DNA of 64,000 bases, from NCBI GenBank assembly GCA_014727915.1, contig WJMO01000005.1:160001-224000 (forward strand). The letters run 5' to 3'. The notes under the pieces are model-generated. The model did not search any database. It was given only the letters and a program-made list of their open reading frames with translations, and was not told the DNA's origin. Origin of the DNA: Candidatus Altiarchaeales archaeon. Its GTDB lineage: Archaea; Altiarchaeota; Altiarchaeia; IMC4; SCGC-AAA252-I15. Position 1 is the stretch's first letter; each line of letters starts with the position of its first letter. The position numbers and the translations under genes were made by a program. Of the stretch, positions 40,865-49,054 are shown piece by piece.

Positions 40865-41131
40865 ATGCCGAAGATAGTCGTTGAGTCGGGTATGGTTTTG
40901 AACCTTGGAGGTTTCATAGTGGAGAAGAAGGCTAAACTACCTTGCGTAGACGTCATAGTCGGGAACCCCCTACCAGAGGATATGAAGCTGGACGCCCCCG
41001 TCTACAGCGAGGAGATGCTCCGGGAATACGAACGCCAGGGCATGTTCGTAGAATACCTCAGGGACGGGGAGTCACTGAAAGAAAAGCTAGAGGGGATGAA
41101 GAAGAGAGTGGATGAAAAACTGAAGGGCTAG
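40865..41131 (+). CDS. ehbP: Energy-converting hydrogenase B subunit P
   Basis: MPKIV...NLGGFIVE...VIVGNP...PVYSEE matches my recollection of EhbP; last gene of the operon. Confidence 0.75.
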   Translation: MPKIVVESGMVLNLGGFIVEKKAKLPCVDVIVGNPLPEDMKLDAPVYSEEMLREYERQGMFVEYLRDGESLKEKLEGMKKRVDEKLKG

Positions 41132-41469
41132 CATTGTCCGTCGGTGAACACCCAATTCACTGCGTAAACGGCAACCACCACTATCGCCACGGACACCGGC
41201 ACCAACACCACCATAACCTTGCTCGCCATCCGCAGCAGCCTATTCGTGTCGCTGTCGCCTTTGACCTTTAAATGTATTATGCCCGCAGCTATCAGGATCG
41301 GGATGTAGACCAGCACTCCCAAGCCGGCAGTGATTGAGAGCAGGAGGAATTTCATGTTCTCCAACACCTGGCAGATGGCCATCTGAGCCTCCGCCTCAGG
41401 TGTCATGTACCCATTTGCTATGCCCGCGCACGCCAAAACAGCCAACACCGTGAACCCCCTCTTTTTCAC
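41128..41469 (-). CDS. Small membrane protein (pilin-like architecture)
   Basis: MKKRGF leader, ICQVL segment, two TM helices, terminal Cys. Confidence 0.6.
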   Translation of the reverse strand: MKKRGFTVLAVLACAGIANGYMTPEAEAQMAICQVLENMKFLLLSITAGLGVLVYIPILIAAGIIHLKVKGDSDTNRLLRMASKVMVVLVPVSVAIVVVAVYAVNWVFTDGQC

Positions 41470-41978
41470 TGTGTTATCCTCCTCTTCTCTTCTGCCGGGG
41501 GTTCCGGCTGCAGTCTCTCGAGCTTCCTCACTAATGTGAACGTCTTGACGCCCGTTGACTTCCAGTCCCTGCTACCCCTGAAACGGTATTCGCCCGAGGA
41601 TTTGCTGTATGCGATAGCCCTCCTCACGTTATCACCCACCTCGGTTGTCACCCTGACCTTGCCTCCCGGCTTCACTATGCATCCCGCGGCAGGAAGGAGG
41701 CACTGGATGAAGAAACTGGACTTGTCCCCGTCTGTACCCGGCTGGGGATAGCTTATCTGCACAAGATCAGCCGATCCCTTGAGCTCCTCCGGGATGCTGC
41801 CTGTGACTGTGAGGTCCGCCTTCCGGAAGTCCAGCCGCGGGTCGGTGAACGTCTTCCTGGCCTTCCTCAGACTAGCCTCGTTGAAGTCGAGGCCATAGAC
41901 CCTCTCAGCATCCGGGAACTCGTTCAACAGCTTGTTCGTTCCAAATCCCTCCCCGCAACCAAGGTCAACAGCGATCAT
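41466..41978 (-). CDS. Class I SAM methyltransferase (begins directly at motif I)
   Basis: VDLGCGEG, VYGLDF, FRKADL, KPGGKV. Confidence 0.75.
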   Translation of the reverse strand: MIAVDLGCGEGFGTNKLLNEFPDAERVYGLDFNEASLRKARKTFTDPRLDFRKADLTVTGSIPEELKGSADLVQISYPQPGTDGDKSSFFIQCLLPAAGCIVKPGGKVRVTTEVGDNVRRAIAYSKSSGEYRFRGSRDWKSTGVKTFTLVRKLERLQPEPPAEEKRRITQ

Positions 41979-41983
41979 ATCTA

Positions 41984-42670
41984 CTATTGCTTATCCAGCC
42001 ATTCTAACAGCGGCTTGTATGCTGTCCTGTCCAACCTGTCCCTCTGGGTTATCGCCTCTTCCATCCACTCCTGCAGGGTAGTTGGATTTGACCCTCCGAA
42101 TCTCTCCTCCAGGCTCTCCTGTGTTATCTCATCCATCGCCTCGACGGTGTTGTGTATGTCAACGGGCAGGAATCCATCGGTCATTTCGGCCAGCCGGTCC
42201 AGGTCCAGCGACACCGCGCCATCTCCCAGGAACTCCCGGAGAACTGCCTTACGGGCTTCAGGACCCGGTTCCGGCATGAACACGAGGCTGTTGAACCCTG
42301 CCTCCGACAGTCCTTGAATATTCCATGGATGGTTGGTTCCCCCCACCACAAGCACATCCTCTGAGAGATCCTCTATTGAATCCCTTATCTCCTGCACGTC
42401 CATGAACTTTTCAAACTCATCCAGGAACAGTAATGTTTTACCTTGAACGTCCGGCAGTCCTTCATCGATTTCGCCTGCTTTAACATCCTTGAACTCATAC
42501 CCTAACTCTCCAGCTATTGCCTTAGCCAGGAACGTCTTTCCATTCCCCGGTGGGCCGTAGATGACGACGCGGTTCGAACCTTCTTTTCCGGACTTAACAG
42601 CTTCGACGACGTTTTCCCTGACCAAACCGGCCAGATACTCGGAACCTTTCAAATCAGATAGTGTGACCAT
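41984..42670 (-). CDS. Single-domain AAA ATPase (Vps4/CDC48-like clade)
   Basis: YGPPGNGKT, LFLDEFE, GGTNHPW. Confidence 0.8.
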   Translation of the reverse strand: MVTLSDLKGSEYLAGLVRENVVEAVKSGKEGSNRVVIYGPPGNGKTFLAKAIAGELGYEFKDVKAGEIDEGLPDVQGKTLLFLDEFEKFMDVQEIRDSIEDLSEDVLVVGGTNHPWNIQGLSEAGFNSLVFMPEPGPEARKAVLREFLGDGAVSLDLDRLAEMTDGFLPVDIHNTVEAMDEITQESLEERFGGSNPTTLQEWMEEAITQRDRLDRTAYKPLLEWLDKQ

Positions 42671-42672
42671 GG

Positions 42673-43137
42673 TTAATTCTTTTCCCTGATGCTATAAATC
42701 TCGTCTGCCAGTTTTCCCACGGATTCCATTACCTCCCTGCTTATGGGCTCTCCCAGCCCCGTCTGTTTGACCTGGACCGCTATGAACCTCACCTCGATGC
42801 CTTCCTGTCTCAGCCGGTTGGCGAACATCTTCATCGGCGCCCGGTGGGTCGAGACGTGCATCCCCTGCAGTCGGCCGATGTCGACCTCCCTGGTCTCCCC
42901 CGGACGTCCCTTGAAGTCGCCCGCATCAACCAATACGGCCTTCTCTGGCTTGAACCCTATTATCTCGTCCGTGAAGTTCTCGGGCGCGGTTGCGGTGAAC
43001 AAAACCTGGAAGTCGCAGTCGCCCATCCCTGATACCATTTCAGCCAGGGCCTTCCCAAGTCCGTCGTCTCCGCTCAGCTCGTTACCTACGCACACCAGGC
43101 TGACCCTACCCTCGAATGCCTGCTTGAGGACCATCAA
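42673..43137 (-). CDS. hycI: Hydrogenase maturation endopeptidase
   Basis: VGNELSGDDGLG, TAPENF, LVDAGDF, STHRAP. Confidence 0.88.
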   Translation of the reverse strand: MMVLKQAFEGRVSLVCVGNELSGDDGLGKALAEMVSGMGDCDFQVLFTATAPENFTDEIIGFKPEKAVLVDAGDFKGRPGETREVDIGRLQGMHVSTHRAPMKMFANRLRQEGIEVRFIAVQVKQTGLGEPISREVMESVGKLADEIYSIREKN

Positions 43138-43187
43138 TAAAGAATGGTCGTGGCTGATTTAAATGGCCTGCCAACCCATAATATCAT

Positions 43188-43676
43188 ATGCCCGGCCCAA
43201 TACCCCCGAAACCCCGCCATGGCAGGGAAGGCGAAGCCGAATCCGCGACTCCGAATGTGGATGTGGGCCTGCGAGAAAGTCGAAGCCAGGCCTCGATAAA
43301 GGGCAGTGTGATCGACAGATTGGGGGCTCGTATCGCGGAAAGCTACCGGCACCGGGGTTTCGCTTTCTACAACCTGGTCATGGACTACCTTCGAGTCGAG
43401 TATGCCCTGAGGGAGATGATAGGGATGGACGTGCCCGCCAGCACGGAGTGGTCGGTGAGCATGGGGGGTTTAGGGACGGTATTCGAGAAGGCCAGGTCTG
43501 AAGGGGGCAGTAAGATGGATCCGGAGTTCTTCACGTCCGGAAGGGACTTGCATCGCCTGGATGCTTATGTGAAGTCAGAAGCTGAGGCCTCCCTGGAGAG
43601 GGGAAGGCTCGCGGGCGAGTTCAAGGAGATATACCTCGGCTTGAAGCAGGTCTATTTCCAGCAGGAGAAGAGGTGA
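43188..43676 (+). CDS. Hypothetical protein
   Basis: 162-aa ORF co-oriented with and abutting the CBS gene. Confidence 0.6.
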   Translation: MPGPIPPKPRHGREGEAESATPNVDVGLRESRSQASIKGSVIDRLGARIAESYRHRGFAFYNLVMDYLRVEYALREMIGMDVPASTEWSVSMGGLGTVFEKARSEGGSKMDPEFFTSGRDLHRLDAYVKSEAEASLERGRLAGEFKEIYLGLKQVYFQQEKR

Positions 43677-43683
43677 TCATGTC

Positions 43684-44100
43684 ATGTTGGTGAAGGAGGT
43701 GATGTCGACGAGGCTCGTGTTGATACTGTCATCAGACACTGTGCTGAAGGCGGTGAAGCTCATGGTCGCCAATGACATCGGCAGTCTGATTGTCGCTGAC
43801 AAGGGCAGGGCAGTGGGAGTGCTTACGATGAAGGACGTCTGCTCCAAGGTGATATCCGAAGAAAAGGATGTTGGGTCCACGCTGGTCGGGGACGTCATGT
43901 CCTCTCCTGTGATCACGGTGCATCCTAACTCGAACGTGGAGAGAGCAGCCAAGCTCATGGAGGAGAACAACATACGGAGGCTTGCGGTTGTCGAATACAA
44001 CAAGGTCCTAGGCATAATAACGATGATGGACATAGTGTCCAACCTACCGGAGCTGCTCGGCGTCATGTTCCAAACCTGGGTGACGCCCACCTGGAAGTAG
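43684..44100 (+). CDS. CBS-pair protein
   Basis: VKEVMS, IGSLIV, VGDVMSSPVITV, IRRLAVV, GIITMMD. Confidence 0.92.
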   Translation: MLVKEVMSTRLVLILSSDTVLKAVKLMVANDIGSLIVADKGRAVGVLTMKDVCSKVISEEKDVGSTLVGDVMSSPVITVHPNSNVERAAKLMEENNIRRLAVVEYNKVLGIITMMDIVSNLPELLGVMFQTWVTPTWK

Positions 44101-44160
44101 GGGTTAAAATAAAAATTATTAATAAAAAAGTTAAAATAATTTAAAAAATTCTATTTTTTT
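44101..44160. terminator. AT-rich convergent terminator region
   Basis: About 60 bp of nearly pure A/T with oligo-T on both strands, between convergent genes. Confidence 0.45.
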
Positions 44161-44666
44161 CTTTTTGGTGAAGAAGTCATTGGCTGGGCAGCATATCCTT
44201 CCCTGCCTGCAGTCGGGACAGGCTAGCCTCCCGCAGACTACCGGGTTTCCCAGGAGCCAAAGCAACAGCGTCGATAATGTCAAAACCAGGATGGACCAGC
44301 TGAACCGGATGTATAAGAGGAATGCCCCCCTGCGAGCGTTGAAAACAAAGGTATGAACATGGGTATCATATCCCCGATTTTGACCTTCCTATCCCCGAAC
44401 ATGTCGTGGTCGCCTCTCCCGACTATAAAAGGCGCTATTTTTCCCTTTCCGAACGCGCATCTTTTGCCTTAGCAGCAGTAGCTGCAGATCTTCCAGTATA
44501 CTGGGTACTCCAGGGAGACGGTTTATAAAATGTATGCGACACCAAAGGCCAATCATATCCTGGAAAGTATTTAAAATCCGCTGGCTAGCGTGGATAATGG
44601 TATGATATTGGCTGCTAGCGCAATCCACAGTGGCTATTACTCGAAACCTCCGGTTTCTTCCCTCAT
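44151..44666 (-). pseudogene. Disrupted Cys-rich membrane protein gene (six in-frame stops plus a frameshift)
   Basis: MREETGGFE**PLWIALAANIIPLSTLASGF*ILSRI*LAFGVAYIL*TVSLEYPVYWKICSYCC*GKRCAFGKGKIAPFIVGRGDHDMFGDRKVKIGDMIPMFIPLFSTLAG/[frameshift]AFLLYIRFSWSILVLTLSTLLLWLLGNPVVCGRLACPDCRQGRICCPANDFFTKKKK. ATGA overlap with the upstream gene. Confidence 0.8.
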
Positions 44667-44827
44667 TCTTTCTTCTTCTTTTTGGGGTTGAGGGTCTCTT
44701 CCGCCTCATGGAATGTGGTGAAGGTTGGGTCGAACTCGTCTTCTTCGGGGGATTGACCTAGGTTCCCTTTTATGTCTGCCGACTCCAAAGGCCCTATCCT
44801 GCCCCTGGCGCCATCCAGCATCCTCAT
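44663..44827 (-). CDS. Small hypothetical protein
   Basis: MRMLDGARG...PKKKKKE; its stop overlaps the pseudogene ATG. Start uncertain. Confidence 0.4.
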   Translation of the reverse strand: MRMLDGARGRIGPLESADIKGNLGQSPEEDEFDPTFTTFHEAEETLNPKKKKKE

Positions 44828-44905
44828 GTACTGGGGGTCCCTGAACCTAGCCTTTCCACTTGTCAATGTGATTATATACTGGCATTCGGTGTTATTATCT
44901 GCATC

Positions 44906-45544
44906 ATGGATCGCATCGGCACTGACGAGTCGGGCAAGGGAGACTACTATGGGCCCCTGGTCGTGGCGGCAGTGTATGTCGGGAAGGGCGATGACCGGAA
45001 GCTCCGCAACATGGGCGTCCGCGACGGGAAGAAGCTCAGGGATGACAGGGTATTGTCCCTTGAGCGTAAGATAAAGGACGGTTTCGAGCATGATGTGGTG
45101 AGGATAAGCCCCGGCAAATACAACGCATTATACGACAAGCTTGGCAACTTGAACGTCATGCTAGCATGGGCTCACGCGCGGGCCATAGAGAACCTTCTTC
45201 CCAGGGTCATATGCGACATGGTCGTGTCGGACCAGTTCGGAGACGAGAGGTTCCTCGAGGAGCGTCTGATGGATGAGGGGCGGAAGGTCAGGCTGGTCCA
45301 GAGGCCGAGGGCTGAGTCTGACCTGGCTGTGGCTGCCGCCTCCATACTCGCGAGGGCTGCCTACCTGAGGTTTTTGAAGGGCATGAGGATGAAGTATGGT
45401 GTGATATTCCCCAAGGGCGCCGTTGAAGTGTATGAGGCTGGCAAGACCTTCATAGAACTGTATGGTCTGGCGAGGCTGGGGGAGGTCGCGAAGCTTCACT
45501 TCAAAACAACCGAGAAGATAAAGGAAAACCTAAAGCAGCTTTAG
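44906..45544 (+). CDS. rnhC: Ribonuclease HIII-type catalytic domain (type 2 RNase H)
   Basis: IGTDESGKGDYYGPLVVAAV, LAWAHARAIENL, SDQFG, AVAAASILAR, AKLHFKTT. Confidence 0.85.
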   Translation: MDRIGTDESGKGDYYGPLVVAAVYVGKGDDRKLRNMGVRDGKKLRDDRVLSLERKIKDGFEHDVVRISPGKYNALYDKLGNLNVMLAWAHARAIENLLPRVICDMVVSDQFGDERFLEERLMDEGRKVRLVQRPRAESDLAVAAASILARAAYLRFLKGMRMKYGVIFPKGAVEVYEAGKTFIELYGLARLGEVAKLHFKTTEKIKENLKQL

Positions 45545-45605
45545 CTTGTTGGAATGTCCTGTTGGAAACCCGGATATATTTATTTTAGTATTCGGAATAT
45601 TCTGG

Positions 45606-46856
45606 GTGGTCGAGCTAAAACCCTTCAAACGGCTAAGATACAACATTGAAGCTGTGGGAAGTATAGGGGATGTCGTGACCCTCCCCTATGACATAATAAC
45701 CCCTGAGAAGCAGGAGAGATACTACCGCCAGTCCGAGCACAATTACGTGAGGCTCATCCTCGCCCGGGAGGAAGATGGCGATAACGGGGACAGCAGGTAT
45801 GAGAGTGCTAGGAGGACGTTGGATAAGTGGATGGCCGAGGGTGTCCTAGTCGAGGATGAGGACCCCGGCCTTTTCATATACGAGGAGGAGTTCGACTTCA
45901 ACGGTGGCAGGAAGAGGCAGGCAGGCATTGTCGGATTGGTCAAGCTGGAGCCCTTCGAAAAGGGCGTGATCCTGCCCCATGAGAAGGTATACAACACGGC
46001 CATAGAGGACCGATACAGCCTTTTGAAGGCTACGAGGTCATGTCTTGAGATGATAATAGGCGTCTTCTCGGACAGGGAACGCAGGGTATTGGAGGTCATG
46101 AGGAAATACGTGTCGGAGGCTCCTGAACTGGACTTCGAACACGAGGATGAAGTCCGCCATCGGCTTTGGAAGATAACCGACAAGGACGACTTGGATTCTG
46201 TAATATCTGCTTTTAGGGATGACAAGGTGATCATAGCCGACGGCCACCACAGGTATACGACCGCACTCAAATACTATTCTGACTCCGGCGATGAGCGGGC
46301 GGGTTACATGCTCTTCCTCCTATGGAGCATGGAAGACGACCTCAAGGTCCTGCCCACGCACCGTCTGCTTAAGAGGGATTCGTTCGACTCCACCACCCTT
46401 GAGGGCCTCGAAGGCTTTGAGGTTGAGGATGTGGACTCTGGCTTGGAAGGGCTTTTGGCGCGAATGGGCGATTCTGACGAGTCTCACGTGTTTGGCGTTT
46501 ACGACGGCGGTTTCCATCTGCTGAAGCTCGTTGATGGCGGGCATTTTGTCCTGGACGAGAGCAAGAGCATGGCATGGAATGGATTGGACGTCAACATAAT
46601 GCGCTCTAAGATAATCAAGCCGTTACTGAGCGGCGAGAACGGAGAATGCATCGACAGGGGGGATCTGGCTTTCACCAAGGATGCTAGGAAAGCGGTTGAG
46701 AAGGTTGATGCCGGCGAGTATGATGTGGCGTTCTTCCTGAATCCGCCCTCCATCGATGAGATCCGCGATGTTGTTGATGCGGGGGAGCGGATGCCCCAGA
46801 AATCCACCTACTTCTACCCTAAACCTCTGTCCGGGATCCTCATGTGCAGGCTTTAA
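45606..46856 (+). CDS. DUF1015 family protein
   Basis: LKPFKRLRY, PYDII, ILPHEK, IIADGHHRY, VLPTHRL, MPQKSTYFYPKPLSG. Confidence 0.92.
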   Translation: MVELKPFKRLRYNIEAVGSIGDVVTLPYDIITPEKQERYYRQSEHNYVRLILAREEDGDNGDSRYESARRTLDKWMAEGVLVEDEDPGLFIYEEEFDFNGGRKRQAGIVGLVKLEPFEKGVILPHEKVYNTAIEDRYSLLKATRSCLEMIIGVFSDRERRVLEVMRKYVSEAPELDFEHEDEVRHRLWKITDKDDLDSVISAFRDDKVIIADGHHRYTTALKYYSDSGDERAGYMLFLLWSMEDDLKVLPTHRLLKRDSFDSTTLEGLEGFEVEDVDSGLEGLLARMGDSDESHVFGVYDGGFHLLKLVDGGHFVLDESKSMAWNGLDVNIMRSKIIKPLLSGENGECIDRGDLAFTKDARKAVEKVDAGEYDVAFFLNPPSIDEIRDVVDAGERMPQKSTYFYPKPLSGILMCRL

Positions 46857-46880
46857 AGCAGAAGGTTCCAATGGATTACC

Positions 46881-47795
46881 ATGTCTGCTGGCTTGGAGAA
46901 GAAGGTCAGGGATGTAATGACCTCCAAGGTCATGACGGTTAAGCGTAGTGACTCTGTTTCCAAGGCTGTTGAGCTGATGAAGTCGAGGAACATAGGCTCT
47001 GTTGTGGTCGTCGAGAAAGGCCTGGTAGTCGGGATCATAACCGAGCGTGACGTCATAACCAAGGTGCTGGGAGAGGGCAGGGAACCCTCTTCGGCTGTCG
47101 TGGAGGATGTCATGTCCGTGGATCCGGTTATGGTCGACTCCGACCTCCCGATATTCGAAGCTGCCAAGCTGATGGTTGAAGGCAAGTTCAGGAGGCTCCC
47201 GGTCGTGGAAGCCGGGAAGCTGAAGGGCATAGTCACTGAGACTGACCTGTCGAATGCCATGCGGTCCGCGGCAATAGACGTGACCCCCAGGCTGGAGGAT
47301 TATGTCAGTTCGCTCCCTTCAGAGTACCAGCTCGACCCTGGCAAGTCCTATCTGTTCGAGGAGCGCAAGCCCATGAAATGCTATGAGGTATTCGTCGACC
47401 TTGTGAAGCACGGCTATGCTGGTCTGTGCATATCACGGACCAACCCGTCGGTCATAAGGAAAATGCATGGCATATCCGCCACGCCGATGGTTTGGGTCAC
47501 TGACATAAAGACGTCGGAGCCCACGATAGACCCGAAAGACCTTGTTGGAGTGTCCAAGATGGTGTCGGAGTTCGTTGAAAAGGCCAAAAACGGGGTCGTG
47601 TTCATAGAGGCTTTGACCTACCTAATAGGCCACAACGACTTCAACGGCGTGTTGAACATAGTCCAGCACATACGTGACAAGGTGTCCGACAGCAATTCCT
47701 CCCTTATCATATACGCCGACCCCATCGTGTTGAGTGAGAGGGAGCTGGAGATGCTGATGCAGGAGATGGACGAGGTCAAGTTCAGGGCATACTAG
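46881..47795 (+). CDS. CBS-pair plus DUF835 fusion protein
   Basis: Two CBS repeats, then GKSYLFEE, GLCISRTNP, LTYLIGHNDF. Confidence 0.88.
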   Translation: MSAGLEKKVRDVMTSKVMTVKRSDSVSKAVELMKSRNIGSVVVVEKGLVVGIITERDVITKVLGEGREPSSAVVEDVMSVDPVMVDSDLPIFEAAKLMVEGKFRRLPVVEAGKLKGIVTETDLSNAMRSAAIDVTPRLEDYVSSLPSEYQLDPGKSYLFEERKPMKCYEVFVDLVKHGYAGLCISRTNPSVIRKMHGISATPMVWVTDIKTSEPTIDPKDLVGVSKMVSEFVEKAKNGVVFIEALTYLIGHNDFNGVLNIVQHIRDKVSDSNSSLIIYADPIVLSERELEMLMQEMDEVKFRAY

Positions 47796-47839
47796 ATTGG
47801 TTCTCCTTAACGCTTATAGTTGCAAACCCAATTATTTAC

Positions 47840-49039
47840 ATGCTTCTCCACGGCCGCTTGCGCGAGTACCGTGATCTCTTCAGGCTGGGGCCTGTCCTAC
47901 TTGCATGGACGGTAGGCCACGGTGCGATGTGGTTCCTTATGCCGAACATCGTAGGCGCCATAGTCGGGGATGTGGTCCTTGTGGGCGTCATCATCTCACT
48001 TCCTGCAGTGGTTGCGATGTTAGTCGACCTGCCCATAGGCGATCTGACGGATAGGATGGGGTCCCGCCGTCTTCTGTTGTCCGGGCTTTTCGCCCTCGGA
48101 GTTCTCGGAGCCTCTCTTTCGTATGTTTCCAACCTATTGGGTCTGTTGGCTTTCATGGTCTTCCTAGGACTCCTCTACCAGCTCGTTTACATACCTGCGA
48201 AGGCGTATGTTATGGATGTCAGCCCCCTGGGAAAGAGCTCCGAGTACCTGGGGTTCGAGATGAGCTTCATAATGCTGGGTCTTGCGCTTGGCCCGATCGC
48301 GGCGGGCATGATTATATCCAAGGGTCTTTCCCCCAACCTGGCGGGCTCTCTATTGTACGTGTTCTCATGTTTTTCTGCTTTGACCCTTGGGGTTCTTTTG
48401 TTCAGGGACTGCATGCCGCATGAGTGTTTCACGAAGGCCATACGGGAGGTCCTGGTGGAAGACAAGGTTTTCCTCAAGGAGCTGGTCGAATATGCCCGCC
48501 TCAAGTCGACTGGCTTATCCATACTCGTGCTGACCTTCACCTTCACATTCTATGATGGTATGGTCTGGACCATCCAGCCACTCCACTACCTGTCTTTCAC
48601 GGACTCCGCTCTTGAGGGGGGTCTAATACTCTCCTCGTTCGTCTTGCCTTTCATATTGTTTGACATACCGGGAGGAAGGTTGGCCGACCGTTTCGGGCGC
48701 AGGAAGATACTAATGTTTGGGCTGGCCCTGGGTGGCGTGTCTTCCATAGCGTTCAGCATGGCCTCCACCGTCCCTCAGCTGATGCTTTCAGCGTTCATCG
48801 CTACCTCGGGTTTGGCGTTCGCCTGGCCAAGCATGGAGGGCATACTCACCGTTAAGACCGACCTTGGGGGCAGGGGTTCTGTCATTGGCGTTTGGAGCAC
48901 AGCCCGGGACCTCGGATATGTCCTGGGGCCGATATGCGGGGGTTTGCTGGCTAAGGCTTTGGGGTTGGACAGGGTCTTCATGGTTTTGGGGGTGCTGCTC
49001 CTGGCTGTGATGGCCTTCACTTTCAAGATACGAGAATAG
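47840..49039 (+). CDS. MFS transporter
   Basis: About 12 TM helices; motif A GDLTDRMGSRR and GRLADRFGRRK. Confidence 0.93.
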   Translation: MLLHGRLREYRDLFRLGPVLLAWTVGHGAMWFLMPNIVGAIVGDVVLVGVIISLPAVVAMLVDLPIGDLTDRMGSRRLLLSGLFALGVLGASLSYVSNLLGLLAFMVFLGLLYQLVYIPAKAYVMDVSPLGKSSEYLGFEMSFIMLGLALGPIAAGMIISKGLSPNLAGSLLYVFSCFSALTLGVLLFRDCMPHECFTKAIREVLVEDKVFLKELVEYARLKSTGLSILVLTFTFTFYDGMVWTIQPLHYLSFTDSALEGGLILSSFVLPFILFDIPGGRLADRFGRRKILMFGLALGGVSSIAFSMASTVPQLMLSAFIATSGLAFAWPSMEGILTVKTDLGGRGSVIGVWSTARDLGYVLGPICGGLLAKALGLDRVFMVLGVLLLAVMAFTFKIRE

Positions 49040-49054
49040 GCCGAGATGGTCTTC

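Noticed and set aside
44151-44666. DGR template repeat as the explanation for the A-rich stop codons
   Set aside because: No reverse transcriptase, no second near-identical copy in the window and no AAY codon array.
44165-44709. ORF-track calls 44165-44356(+) and 44389-44709(-), or an ncRNA (SRP/RNase P) in this gap
   Set aside because: The region is better explained by the disrupted minus-strand membrane protein gene, and I found no conserved SRP or RNase P motifs.
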